Of a stretch of 64,000 nt of DNA, positions 1 through 9,343 are shown in pieces (position 1 is the stretch's first letter; every line of letters begins with the position of its first letter). The DNA is from an uncultured Thalassospira sp. (GTDB lineage Bacteria; Pseudomonadota; Alphaproteobacteria; Rhodospirillales; Thalassospiraceae). The notes beneath the pieces are model-generated. The model made no database searches. It was given only the letters and a program-made list of their open reading frames with translations, and was not told the origin of the DNA. The stretch lies in contig NZ_CAXBJJ010000013.1 of assembly GCF_963976115.1 (NCBI RefSeq), positions 15,012 to 79,011 of the forward strand, in the 5' to 3' direction. Both the position numbers and the translations under genes were made by a program.

Positions 1-716
1 GAAAACGGCATCCCGGCAGAAAATGCCGCCTGGCTGGCAGCCGATACCGGTGTCGCGCCGGTATTTTGGCCCGTATTTTCAACCACGGGGGATGCCTGAC
101 CAAAGGGAAATGCCTGATTATCGACCTGTCGTGCGCCGGGCTGACGATCGGCCATTACCGATGCCATCGATGTATCGCCTACCGACCACGGCAGAACCAG
201 ACCATTTGCACCTGATGATGCACCCTGCCCGGCCAATGCCCCGTCAACACCGTTTTTAACTGTGCCAGAGCCGTTGTTATTTTGTACCACTGCTGTTGAG
301 GCGGCCGGGTCAACGTCACTGTCGCCCCCTTCAAACAGGGCCAAAACATGTTCGCCGGTGTCTGAACCGGTAGTGCCTTCGACAACGGCATCAATTGCCG
401 CCCCGGCCAGGCCAAAAATGCCACCAAACAGGCCCCCACCGACAACGCGGGCGGCATTGCCCATCTGATCGCCCGTCAATTCACGATACAGCGCGCCAAC
501 AACAGGAATATGTTGCAGCGGATTAATCACATCAATGATGTCACCAAAATCAAAGCCATCATCGCCAAACAGAAAACTGGCAAACCCGCCGGATTCACCG
601 TCTTGCTCTGCTTTTTGCGCCGTTGCACCGGTTTTGGCAGCACTTTGCTGTGCGCCATTTGCCGTTTGTGCCCCTGCACCGGGCGATATTTGCCGCCAAT
701 CTGCACCTATCGACAT
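1..716 (-). CDS. hypothetical Gly/Ala-rich protein, N-terminal part only (ORF runs off the left edge; absent from the supplied ORF track)
   Basis: ATG at 716-714 follows an AGGAGGA Shine-Dalgarno (reverse complement of 724-730). My manual translation, MSIGADWRQISPGAGAQTANGAQQSAAKTG...FGDDGFDFGDIIDVINPLQHIPVVGALYRELTGDQMGNAARVVGGGLFGG..., stays open to position 1. Confidence 0.55.
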   Translation of the reverse strand, partial: MSIGADWRQISPGAGAQTANGAQQSAAKTGATAQKAEQDGESGGFASFLFGDDGFDFGDIIDVINPLQHIPVVGALYRELTGDQMGNAARVVGGGLFGGIFGLAGAAIDAVVEGTTGSDTGEHVLALFEGGDSDVDPAASTAVVQNNNGSGTVKNGVDGALAGQGASSGANGLVLPWSVGDTSMASVMADRQPGARQVDNQAFPFGQASPVVENTGQNTGATPVSAASQAAFSAGMPF

Positions 717-919
717 CGCGATCCTCCTCTTGGCGGAAGATATGCAACCCTGATGCCAAATTACGATTTGCAGCATTATTTTTTAAAGGAGCGCCCAAAG
801 CCAGAGCAGATCACAAAGCAAAACACCTGTACTAACAAATATCCCGGCAGAAGCTGCCGGGACAAAAAACTGTCTTTTCAAACACTGCACACACCCGAGA
901 ATACCGGGTGAAACATGCT

Positions 920-2062
920 TTAAAACAAATGCCCGGCCCGTTCTTTTTTGGTTTGCAGGTAAAATGCGTTATGGCCGTTAGAGGGAAACTTATGCGGCAC
1001 ACGCTCGCTGACCTTAACGCCCCAGCTTTCCAGCCCCCGCAATTTTTCCGGGTTGTTGGTTAAAATCCGTACCGATGAAAAACCAAGCTGGCGCAGCATT
1101 TCGGCAGCCGGGCGATAAACCCGTTCATCGGCATCAAAGCCCAGTTCTTCATTCGCATCAAGCGTATCAAAGCCCCGGTCCTGCAAGGCATAGGCCCGCA
1201 ATTTATTGACCAAACCAATACCGCGCCCTTCCTGACGCAGATACAAAACAATGCCACCTTTGCCGCTGGCCGAGATTTCGGCAATAGCACCGCGTAATTG
1301 CGGGCCACAGTCACAACGCAACGATCCGATCAGATCGCCGGTAAAACATTCGGAATGCAACCGCACTAATACCGGCACGTCGGCAGCCGGTTCATCAATG
1401 ATAATCGCAATATGTTCCTGCCCGCCATCCGCCGGGCGAAAGGCCACAACGCGAGTGTTTTCGGCATTTTCCAGCGGCACGCGGGCTTCGCTGACCTGGC
1501 GCAGCGACCCGGCAGCGGCATCTTCATAGCCATTCACCGATTCGGCGGCCAGAATCAGCAGGTTTTCGCGGGTCGCAAAATCGTCTATTTTTGCCAGATC
1601 AACCGGTACGGTAACAATGGCCGGTAACAGGCGCGCCAGCTTTGCCAGCCGAATGGCAGCATCTTCGTCGGTTTGGGTGGTGCGCCAGGTTGCGATGGGC
1701 TTTTCAACCATATCAAGCAACGGATTGGCCCAAACCCCCAATGTCAAACAATCGACATCGGCATGATTTTGCGGTTGCAGGGCACAAAAACCGCTTTGCA
1801 CATCGGCATGACCAAGGGCACGGGCACGCACGCGCGGCAAGACCAGCGCGATATCGGCGGCATTCAGGGCAATCGCCCGCAAACGTTCCAGTCCGCTATC
1901 GGACAAGGGTTCGGTTGCGATGGCGGCAATTGCGCTGTTTGCTGATCGGATCAGGATCATTTCGCCACGGCGCAAATCGGCAACGGCACGGGAAACCGAA
2001 ATAAGCTCGGTTGTTGAAATTTCGGGTCGTGCCGAAAAACTGTTGGGCGTGGTCATCGTCAT
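920..2062 (-). CDS. ribA: GTP cyclohydrolase II with an N-terminal degenerate DHBP-synthase-like domain
   Basis: The C-terminal half has HSECFTGDLIGSLRCDCGPQL and LYLRQEGRGIGLVNKLRAYALQDRGFDT, typical of RibA. The N-terminal domain lacks the RENEGD-type motif. Confidence 0.85.
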   Translation of the reverse strand: MTMTTPNSFSARPEISTTELISVSRAVADLRRGEMILIRSANSAIAAIATEPLSDSGLERLRAIALNAADIALVLPRVRARALGHADVQSGFCALQPQNHADVDCLTLGVWANPLLDMVEKPIATWRTTQTDEDAAIRLAKLARLLPAIVTVPVDLAKIDDFATRENLLILAAESVNGYEDAAAGSLRQVSEARVPLENAENTRVVAFRPADGGQEHIAIIIDEPAADVPVLVRLHSECFTGDLIGSLRCDCGPQLRGAIAEISASGKGGIVLYLRQEGRGIGLVNKLRAYALQDRGFDTLDANEELGFDADERVYRPAAEMLRQLGFSSVRILTNNPEKLRGLESWGVKVSERVPHKFPSNGHNAFYLQTKKERAGHLF

Positions 2063-2290
2063 ACTTAATTTTAATACCGATTTAGGGCCAAAGCGATCAC
2101 AACATCGCGATCAGGCCGGTATGGGGCTGGATCATTCGTTCGTCAATGTCTAAAGCCAAAACAGTTTGTTCTTGAAAAAGTGACGATTAGAGTGTGAGAC
2201 TTGTTTATAGTGCAGACAGGCAATGCACAGCTGATTGCCACAAAAAAGAACAAGGCCTGAATATAGACCGAATTTAGGGACCAGCAAGGG

Positions 2291-2986
2291 ATGGCAATGA
2301 CGACAGGAAAACAGGTTTTAGTGGTTGAAGACGACGCAGCGTTAAGCCAGTCACTGACCGAGCAACTTCGCCTGCATGAAGAATTTGATTGCGTTGTTGC
2401 CCATAGTGGCCAGGAAGCGCTTGAGGCCGTTAAAAACAACTATTTTGACGTCATTCTGCTTGATGTCGGCCTGCCCGATATTGATGGCCGCGATGTTTGC
2501 AAACTGATGCGTCGCGCCGGGGTAAAATCGCCCGTAATCATGCTGACAGGTGCGAATAGCGATTCTGATACCATTCTGGGGCTGGAATCGGGTGCGAATG
2601 ATTATGTCACCAAACCGTTCCGCTTAAATGTGTTGCTGGCCCGGATCAGGGCCCATATTCGCCAGCATGAACAAAGCGAAGATGCCGTTTTTGTCATTGG
2701 TCCCTACAGTTTCCAGCCCAGCGCCAAAATTCTGGTTGAAACCACGACCGAAAAGAAAATTCGCCTGACGGAAAAGGAAACCTCGATCCTGAAATTTCTG
2801 TTCCGGGCCGGTGATAAACCGGTTTCACGTGAAACGCTGCTTGATGAAGTTTGGGGATATAATGCCGGGGTCACCACCCACACGCTGGAAACCCATGTTT
2901 ACCGATTAAGGCAAAAAATCGAAAAAGACCCGTCAAACGCAATAATTCTGGTAACCGAACCCGGTGGCTATAAGCTGGTCCCCTGA
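2291..2986 (+). CDS. OmpR/PhoB-family response regulator (receiver domain plus winged helix)
   Basis: VLVVEDD...DVILLDVGLPDIDG...TKPF receiver motifs, plus a C-terminal LTEKE..L..L......VSRE.LL..VWG......T..LE.HVYRLRQKIE winged helix. Confidence 0.85.
   Translation: MAMTTGKQVLVVEDDAALSQSLTEQLRLHEEFDCVVAHSGQEALEAVKNNYFDVILLDVGLPDIDGRDVCKLMRRAGVKSPVIMLTGANSDSDTILGLESGANDYVTKPFRLNVLLARIRAHIRQHEQSEDAVFVIGPYSFQPSAKILVETTTEKKIRLTEKETSILKFLFRAGDKPVSRETLLDEVWGYNAGVTTHTLETHVYRLRQKIEKDPSNAIILVTEPGGYKLVP
2821..2836. promoter_or_regulatory. parS-like palindrome GGTTTCACGTGAAACG (perfect 14-bp core, both outer bases differ from consensus)
   Basis: Read directly. It lies inside the response-regulator CDS and encodes VSRETL. 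Confidence 0.45.
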
Positions 2987-3235
2987 GCGGTAACAACGGT
3001 ACCTGCCCCCAGAGAACAGACCAGCGGCCTTTAACCGATCTGGCTGCTGGTGAGCGATGTTTTACCACACACCTCCGTCGTTCAACGCCGTGCCGGATAA
3101 CAATGATTATTTTGTAGCGGGCACGGCCTTTCAACGTTCTTTATCGCCGCAAAAAACAGCAAAACCGTCAAAACCCGGATGATTTTAAGGGGTTTTCCTC
3201 AAAAAATCGGGGAATTGCGCCAAATCACGCAAAAT

Positions 3236-3949
3236 TCAGCCATTTTGATCAATATGATAGGCGCGATGGCCAAAAATAGCGGTCCCAACCCGAATATGCG
3301 TGGCACCAAGGCGGATTGCCGTTTCGTAATCGCCGCTCATGCCCATGCTGCGCACTTTCAAATTATGGCGATCGGCGATTTTTCCCAACAGGGCAAAATG
3401 CGGCGCGGGTTCTTCGTCAACCGGCGGAATGCACATCAACCCCGTTACTGGTAATTTCAAATTTTCAAGACAATCGCGGATAAAGTCATCGGCATCCTCG
3501 GGGGCAATACCGGCTTTTTGCGGCTCACAGCCGATATTGATCTGAATGTAAAGCTCGGGACATTGACCCGTTTCATCGCGTAGACGGGCAAATGTCCTGG
3601 CCAGTTTGGGGCGATCCAGGGTTTCGATCACGTCAAACAGGGCCATCGCCTCGCGGGCCTTGTTGCTTTGCAGCGGGCCAATCAGATGCAATTTCACACC
3701 TTCATAATCCTGTTTCAAAAGCGGCCATTTTTCACCCGCTTCCTGCACCCGGTTTTCGCCAAAAATACGGCGCCCAGCCTCCAGCGCGCCGCGCACATGG
3801 TCTGCATCATGGGTTTTGCTGACACAAACAAGGGTCACGTCACTGCTGTCGCGCCCCACTGCTGTTGCTGCCTGGTCGATATTTTTCTGAATAACGGCAA
3901 GGTTGGCAGCGATATCGACATCGCCAGACGAAACGCTATGATCGTTCAT
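3236..3949 (-). CDS. yggS: YggS-family pyridoxal-phosphate homeostasis protein
   Basis: VTLVCVSKTH...GENRVQE...LHLIGPLQSNK...H.LKVRSMGMSGDYE.AI..GAT.IRVGTAIFG. I prefer the start at MNDHS (3949) over the ORF-track start at 4018. Confidence 0.85.
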   Translation of the reverse strand: MNDHSVSSGDVDIAANLAVIQKNIDQAATAVGRDSSDVTLVCVSKTHDADHVRGALEAGRRIFGENRVQEAGEKWPLLKQDYEGVKLHLIGPLQSNKAREAMALFDVIETLDRPKLARTFARLRDETGQCPELYIQINIGCEPQKAGIAPEDADDFIRDCLENLKLPVTGLMCIPPVDEEPAPHFALLGKIADRHNLKVRSMGMSGDYETAIRLGATHIRVGTAIFGHRAYHIDQNG

Positions 3950-3999
3950 GATGTGCCAGATCCCGGTTAAGTGCCCAAAAGAAAGGACGTTACAACGCA

Positions 4000-4623
4000 A
4001 TGGAGCCCAAACTAGCAAAGCTTGCCCGGCAACTCAATTTGCGTAACGCACCACGCTCGTCCTTACCTGCGATTATCGTCATGACAGATGATCAGCGCCT
4101 GCCCGATCCATGCCCGGCCCTTGCCCGGTTGCCACACCGCAGCATGGTTATTTTTCGCCATTATCACCATCCAAAGCGCGCCCACATTGCACACCAGGTT
4201 CATCGTGCCTGTCGCAAATATGGCCATCTGTTTTTTGTTGCGGGCGATATTATGCTGGCCAGCCGTCTTGGCGCGGATGGTATCCACTTGCCTGATCACG
4301 GGCAAAAACACCTTGCCAACAGTGTTGATCTGGCTTCCAGGAACAACCTGGCCATAAGCGCGTCTTTGCATAGTCTGGCGCAGTTTCGTCATCTGCGCCC
4401 CTTTGCCAACGATCTGGATGCCGTGATCCTGTCGCCGGTATTTGCCACCCAAAGCCACCCCGGGGCCGGGTGTATGAAGCGAACCACTTTTCGCCATCTG
4501 GCAGCCCTGGCCCGGCACAATGGCATTGTGGTTTATGCACTTGGCGGCATCAATTTTGATCATTTACAGCAAATTAAATCCGCGCCAGTCTGCGGCATTG
4601 CCGGGATCAGCTTTGCCACTTAG
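4000..4623 (+). CDS. thiamine-phosphate synthase (ThiE/TenI) family protein
   Basis: Pattern IIVMTDD...FFVAGDIMLASRLGADGIHLPD...LSPVFATQSHPG...YALGGIN matches the TMP-TENI fold. Confidence 0.6.
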   Translation: MEPKLAKLARQLNLRNAPRSSLPAIIVMTDDQRLPDPCPALARLPHRSMVIFRHYHHPKRAHIAHQVHRACRKYGHLFFVAGDIMLASRLGADGIHLPDHGQKHLANSVDLASRNNLAISASLHSLAQFRHLRPFANDLDAVILSPVFATQSHPGAGCMKRTTFRHLAALARHNGIVVYALGGINFDHLQQIKSAPVCGIAGISFAT

Positions 4624-4804
4624 AGTATCCGTCTTGATCAGAGGCAATGCCACCGCCCCAGGGCATGAAGCGACATCGCGCAATAACCGCGAACCAGATC
4701 CCATAAGGCAGGGTCATAGAAATTTGATATAAATTGCGATAAACAAATATTTCCCACGTTACCGGCATTTTTCCGGCCCTGCCCGCCTTCCAAAGGATAC
4801 TGCT

Positions 4805-6049
4805 TTGGCGTCAAACTCCCTGCATCTGTCGCGTGCCCGCTTTACCCGCTTTAAAACCAAGCAGCCTTTCAGCTTTGGCTTGCCCAATGTTGCGGCGAAT
4901 ATCGCCCAGCAATCCGATGGCAGTGCCAGCTACCTCACCCGGGTATCGTCGCTTTTGCGCCAGCAAATATTGCCAACGGCAGCATCGGTTAAAATTGTAT
5001 CCGATACCATCCACCTCGATGTCCTGGCCAAACCCCACTGGCAACAGCCCTTTCATCGCAAACGCATTCTGTTTTTAATTCCGGCAGATGCGCTCGGCGA
5101 TTGCGTTGGCATGGCAATGTTTTTACGTGCCTTTCAGGCCGCTTATCCATCCTGCAAAATCGGGTTGTTAAATACCGGCAGGGCCAGCGATATCTTCGCG
5201 ACCCTCAAGGATGTCGAGATTTTCCAACTGTTTGTTTCCGCCAATCAGTTAAGGCGGTTCGATACGGTCATTGATCTGTCGGAAATGGAGGGATGGGAAG
5301 ATATTGCAACCGCCCCGGTTGATTGCGAAGGGGGGCTGTGCCGACATTTTGCTATTTCGCCGGTTCCCCTGCCCGACACGTCACGCCATAAGACGGATGA
5401 TTTGCATATTGCCATTTTGCCAATGGCATCGTCGCCCCTGCGCACCCTGCCACCGCAATTTGTGGCCCAAACGGCATTAGCACTTTGCGGGCAAGCCAGC
5501 AGTGTCACTGTTGTTCTCAATGCCTATCAGGGGGTAAAGGAAGCCTATAAAACGGCAATTGGTGCCTTGCCTGGCAATATTACGCTGATTGACGGGTTTA
5601 AAACCATTGGCGAGCTAATTGCCTTTATTTCCAGTCGCGATTACGTGATTGTCGCTGATAGTGGCCCCGCACATATCACCAAACTGTCGGGTGTGCCCGG
5701 TACAGGTGTTTATACATCTGCCTCAGCAACCGTTTTACACGGCCGTTTTACCAATATCAGGGCCTGGCAAAGCGATTATCAAGGTGATTATTGCCACGCA
5801 CCATGTGGACTTGCAAAGCTGCACGCCACGCAAGAAGGTGACATTGGCTGTATGGGCAGTCTGTCTGTCAGCCGGGACAGGCTGGTCTCTCTGCCGACAC
5901 GTCGCGACTCGGCTCTGGTGCAACGCCTGTCAACGGTCGAACCCGTTCCTTGTGTTCGGCATCTCACGACAAATTTTGCAGCCTTTGAAAAGTTTGTACA
6001 AAGCGATATCGCGACCCGCGCGCGACCGAAAACCACGGCAAGAACTTAA
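4805..6049 (+). CDS. glycosyltransferase family 9 (heptosyltransferase-like) protein
   Basis: ILFLIPADALGDCVGMAMFLRAF and VIVADSGPAHITKLSGVPG resemble GT9 signatures. The start codon is TTG and the start is uncertain. Confidence 0.5.
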   Translation: MASNSLHLSRARFTRFKTKQPFSFGLPNVAANIAQQSDGSASYLTRVSSLLRQQILPTAASVKIVSDTIHLDVLAKPHWQQPFHRKRILFLIPADALGDCVGMAMFLRAFQAAYPSCKIGLLNTGRASDIFATLKDVEIFQLFVSANQLRRFDTVIDLSEMEGWEDIATAPVDCEGGLCRHFAISPVPLPDTSRHKTDDLHIAILPMASSPLRTLPPQFVAQTALALCGQASSVTVVLNAYQGVKEAYKTAIGALPGNITLIDGFKTIGELIAFISSRDYVIVADSGPAHITKLSGVPGTGVYTSASATVLHGRFTNIRAWQSDYQGDYCHAPCGLAKLHATQEGDIGCMGSLSVSRDRLVSLPTRRDSALVQRLSTVEPVPCVRHLTTNFAAFEKFVQSDIATRARPKTTART

Positions 6050-6075
6050 GATCCGGCTGTATACAATCGGCTCGC

Positions 6076-6105
6076 AAAAAAAAGAGGGTACCACAGGCAC
6101 CCTCT
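6076..6105 (-). terminator. intrinsic terminator of porin 1 (hairpin AGAGGGT/ACCCTCT followed by T8 on the minus strand); possibly bidirectional
   Basis: Read directly: aaaaaaaagagggtaccacaggcaccctct. Confidence 0.7.
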
Positions 6106-6133
6106 TTCTTGCGATTGCTGATCGTCAACCTGA

Positions 6134-7201
6134 TTAGAAGTCGAGGCGCAGACCGGTAACAGCGCCGTAGCCGTCATTGTCAGCAGCAGAGTTGTCGTTG
6201 TCATCATTAAACCAGAAGACAGACGATTTCCATGCAACGCCGGCACCAAGCTGGTAAGCCAGACCCAGATCAACAGTGTTCATTTCGCCAGTCGAAGCCG
6301 GAGCAATGCCGTTGCTCATAGCTTTGGTAGAACGATTGCCGTAATCAGAATATGCATAGGTCAAGGAAACCTTGGCGGCATTCATCGAGTACGCAACGCC
6401 AATGTCATAGGTGTCGGTTTTGTTGCCTGACGGATCTCTGGAGGTCAGGTTGTAGTCGTCTTCAATGTGACCCCAGGAACCACCAACGGTGAAATTGCCA
6501 AAACCAACATTTGCACCAAGGCCGTACCAGTTACCTTCACCAGCATGTTCGCCAACGGCGGACAGGCCAAGTGCGACACCGTCAAAATCATGGTCGAAAG
6601 TCAAACCGGCAGAAACAACAGGCTTGCCTTCGGTCGTGCTCTGACGGTTGTTAACACCACCAGACAGGTTATTTTTGGATTCGTTGCTATCCGTGTAAGA
6701 AACACCAGCACGGAAGCCACCCATAACCGGGGTGAAATAGGTCACCTTGGGATTATCACCAGAGCTCGGGACGGTATCGGGCAGATATGCGTCAACCCAG
6801 TTGGTCAAATCGCCATCGTTCACGCCAACCGGGCCAACTGCCGGTGCAGTGATGCCCATATCGTCAGCAGCGCTGTCGTCTTCGCCCAGTTTGATCTGAC
6901 CGAACGAACCATTGATGTAGAGATACTGTTCGTCGATCTGGTCGGTTGAGGTTTCACCTTCAAGTTCAACAGCGGCACCAACTTCAATGCCGTTATCAAG
7001 AGTGGTGGAACCTTTGAAATGAATTTCGGTGTCCGACTGGAAGGCATTTTTGTTATCAAATGCGTCATCCTGCGAGGTGATGCCTGCCCACTGTTCCATG
7101 TAACCGCCAACCGAAAGTTTGATTTTTTCGGATGCACTGGCAGAAACGGCGAAACCGGAAACGGCGACAAGAGCCGTGGTCGCAACAAGAATCTTTTTCA
7201 T
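6134..7201 (-). CDS. outer-membrane porin, paralog 1
   Basis: Signal peptide MKKILVATTALVAVSGFAVSASA, alternating beta-strand pattern, and a C-terminal ...GAVTGLRLDF ending in Phe. The start is taken at MKKIL (7201). Confidence 0.8.
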   Translation of the reverse strand: MKKILVATTALVAVSGFAVSASASEKIKLSVGGYMEQWAGITSQDDAFDNKNAFQSDTEIHFKGSTTLDNGIEVGAAVELEGETSTDQIDEQYLYINGSFGQIKLGEDDSAADDMGITAPAVGPVGVNDGDLTNWVDAYLPDTVPSSGDNPKVTYFTPVMGGFRAGVSYTDSNESKNNLSGGVNNRQSTTEGKPVVSAGLTFDHDFDGVALGLSAVGEHAGEGNWYGLGANVGFGNFTVGGSWGHIEDDYNLTSRDPSGNKTDTYDIGVAYSMNAAKVSLTYAYSDYGNRSTKAMSNGIAPASTGEMNTVDLGLAYQLGAGVAWKSSVFWFNDDNDNSAADNDGYGAVTGLRLDF

Positions 7202-7539
7202 CTTTTCCCTCATTGAAAACAAACGCTGTTGGCGTTGGTTAGCAGAACATTTTTCTGTTTGCTGAGAACTACCTAATCCAACAAATGACCTCGGGTCAAT
7301 TAAAAGAGATGGTGCACGTGATGTTTTTACCAGATCAGTGACAAAAAAATCACACTTTAACTTTCTTGCGTCAAATTTCGGCTGTTTAAATCACGCTTTG
7401 TGCCATTCCACATCACCTGTAGCGCGTAACAAAGAACGGAATGAGTTCATTAGATGACCACAGGTCATTTTTTGGCCATATTTAAGCGCGAAATCCATTT
7501 TACTTGATCCATCATCGCAACAAGCCGCAGTGAAAACCT

Positions 7540-7963
7540 AAAGACAGAATCGGTTCCATCCACGTAAGGCCCTCAATATCAGGAGTCGCGATTTTCGTGC
7601 TATTCCAGGCAGCATAGCGAAACTGTTCCCCGATGATTTTAGGGGGGGGGTCTACAGGGCAAAATTCGGCCCACTTTAATCGGGATAGGGGGCCGGTCAA
7701 CGCTAACAGATTCCCTCCCACACCCCCCGGTATGCAGGTCCGCACCGGGCGGTTCGAAGCGTTGAGGTTTCCCTTTGTCCGGTTAAGTCTGTCGCGAGCG
7801 GTTGGCACCGCCTCTTATCCGGTTCTTGTCCATCGGCCCGCAGCTTCGATCCACGCTTCCTCCCCACACTCGGTCAGCCTCATGCAGTTGCGCTTCACTC
7901 CGCTCACTGTGACCAGCTTACGGAGGGACTCCACCCTCAAGAATGCGCCTATGCCGGGCGCAC
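7540..7963 (-). mobile_element. truncated group II intron (class-C-like): 5' GUGCG, domains I-III, and the first ~6-15 codons of the intron-encoded protein
   Basis: The minus strand starts GTGCGCCCGGCATAGGCGCATTCTTGAGGGTGGAGTCCC immediately after the terminator T-run. A Met at 7559 opens MEPILS..., then the frame stops. No RT, domain V or domain VI follows. Confidence 0.65.
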
Positions 7964-7964
7964 C

Positions 7965-7997
7965 AAAAAAAAGAAGGGAGCGAAAAACGCTCCCTTC
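7965..7997 (-). terminator. intrinsic terminator of porin 2 (GAAGGGAGCG-TTTTT-CGCTCCCTTC plus T8 on the minus strand)
   Basis: Read directly. Perfect 10-bp stem. Confidence 0.8.
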
Positions 7998-8022
7998 CCA
8001 AGGCGTAGATCTAATCGAAAGA

Positions 8023-9096
8023 TTAGAAGGACAATTTGATACCGGTAACGGCACCAAAGCCATCATTATCGCCAGCACCACCAGCGGCTTTGTCGTCGTT
8101 GTTGAACCAGAAGATCGAGGTCTTCCAATCAACGCCAGCGCCAAGGGCATATGCCAGACCGAGATCAACGGTATCGATTTCTGAACCGGTCGAAGCTGCA
8201 CCAGCGGTATTGGTAACAATATCACCATTTGCATATGACAGGGAAATCGAAGCTGCATCCATTTTATATGCAATGCCGATGTCAAAACCAGTGGTGTCGT
8301 CAGCTTTGGCAGTGTCGGTTTCGGTCAGGCCGTAATCGTCAGCTTTTACACCGTAAGAACCACCAACGGTAAAGTTACCAAAACCAATGTTGGTACCAAC
8401 GCTGAACCATTCACCGCTACCTTTGTGCTCGCCAACAGCGGCAAGACCGATGCTGAAACCATCGAAATCACCGTTATATTCAACACCAAGGGATACTATC
8501 GGCATACCAGTGGTCGTATTCTGACCAGCAGTCTTCGGGGAAGCTGTCGTGCCAGCAGAACCATTGTTTTTCGAGGTGTCGCTATCGGTGTAAGAAACAC
8601 CGGCACGGAAGCCACCCATAATCGGGGTGTAGTAGGTGACTTTGGGAGCATCACCATCATCCCAGACAGTGTCCGGCATTGCAGCAATCTGAACCCAGTT
8701 TGACAGGTCACCGTCATTTACGCCAACCGGGCCAACGGCCGGAGCAGTGATGCCCATGGCACCAGCAGCGCCGTCGCCTTCACCCATACGAACCTGACCA
8801 AAAGAACCGTTAATGTACAGGTACTGTTCGTCAATCTGGTCCTGAGATGTTTCGCCTTCAAGCTGGATAACAGCGCCAACTTCGATGCCGTTATCAAGGG
8901 TGGTTGAACCAGTGAAATAAACTTCGGTGTCAGACTGGAAAGCATTGATGTTGTCGTACTTGTCGTCCTGGGAAGCAATGCCTGCCCACTGTTCCATGTA
9001 ACCGCCAACCGACAGTTTAATTTTTTCAGAGGCCTGTGCCTGGCCTGCAACTGCAACAGCGACGAGTGCGCTGGTCGCGATAAGAATCTTTTTCAT
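8023..9096 (-). CDS. outer-membrane porin, paralog 2
   Basis: MKKILIATSALVAVAVAGQAQA signal peptide. Collinear similarity to porin 1 (SEKIKLSVGGYMEQWAGI..SQDD, IDEQYLYINGSFGQ, GITAPAVGPVGVNDGDL, ...GAVTGIKLSF). The ORF-track 5' extension to 9381 is rejected. Confidence 0.8.
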   Translation of the reverse strand: MKKILIATSALVAVAVAGQAQASEKIKLSVGGYMEQWAGIASQDDKYDNINAFQSDTEVYFTGSTTLDNGIEVGAVIQLEGETSQDQIDEQYLYINGSFGQVRMGEGDGAAGAMGITAPAVGPVGVNDGDLSNWVQIAAMPDTVWDDGDAPKVTYYTPIMGGFRAGVSYTDSDTSKNNGSAGTTASPKTAGQNTTTGMPIVSLGVEYNGDFDGFSIGLAAVGEHKGSGEWFSVGTNIGFGNFTVGGSYGVKADDYGLTETDTAKADDTTGFDIGIAYKMDAASISLSYANGDIVTNTAGAASTGSEIDTVDLGLAYALGAGVDWKTSIFWFNNDDKAAGGAGDNDGFGAVTGIKLSF

Positions 9097-9343
9097 CTTT
9101 TCCCTCAACGTCTTCTTCAACCCGCTTAAGCGGTTATTTGAAGTATGAACGACGATTATCCCGTCGCCCGGTTCGACGTTATGGAGCCAGCATTTTGCCA
9201 TCCCGTCAACCAAACTGTGGCGACAATGTAACATTTTTCGCGCACCGTGGCGAAAATAGCACACTTGTTTCCTTTGCCCTCCCGCCAAATGCTGCTTATA
9301 GTGCGCGCAGCATTGCCATTGACTGATCAGAAGGCCGCACAAA

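Noticed and set aside
842-866. Hairpin CCCGGCAG-aagc-TGCCGGG downstream of ribA
   Set aside because: It could be the ribA terminator. On the minus strand the T-run precedes rather than follows the stem, so I did not list it as a feature.
7578-7590. 13-mer ATCAGGAGTCGCG shared between the intron relic and oriC (36540-36552)
   Set aside because: The exact match is short, with no extended similarity on either side. It is most simply chance plus a shared GANTC-containing word.
7642-7650. G9 homopolymer that could be a phase-variation tract
   Set aside because: It lies inside the non-coding intron relic about 440 nt upstream of porin 1, not in a promoter spacer or reading frame that I can identify. 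There is no evidence of function.
7727-7760. Domain-V-like hairpin GAACCGCCCGGUGCGGACCUGCAUACCGGGGGGU within the intron fragment
   Set aside because: It superficially resembles IIC domain V (CGC triad, 2-nt bulge). However, it lies only about 200 nt from the 5' end, upstream of the intron ORF start. It also has a G-G mismatch at the triad and a 6-nt loop instead of GNRA. It is more likely part of domain I.
7512-8285. ORFs 7512-7808 (-), 7633-8184 (+) and 7815-8285 (-) spanning the inter-porin spacer
   Set aside because: They cover the group II intron RNA fragment, the terminator and the porin 3' end. Only the last ~15 codons of 7512-7808 (MEPILS...) look like real, truncated intron-ORF sequence.
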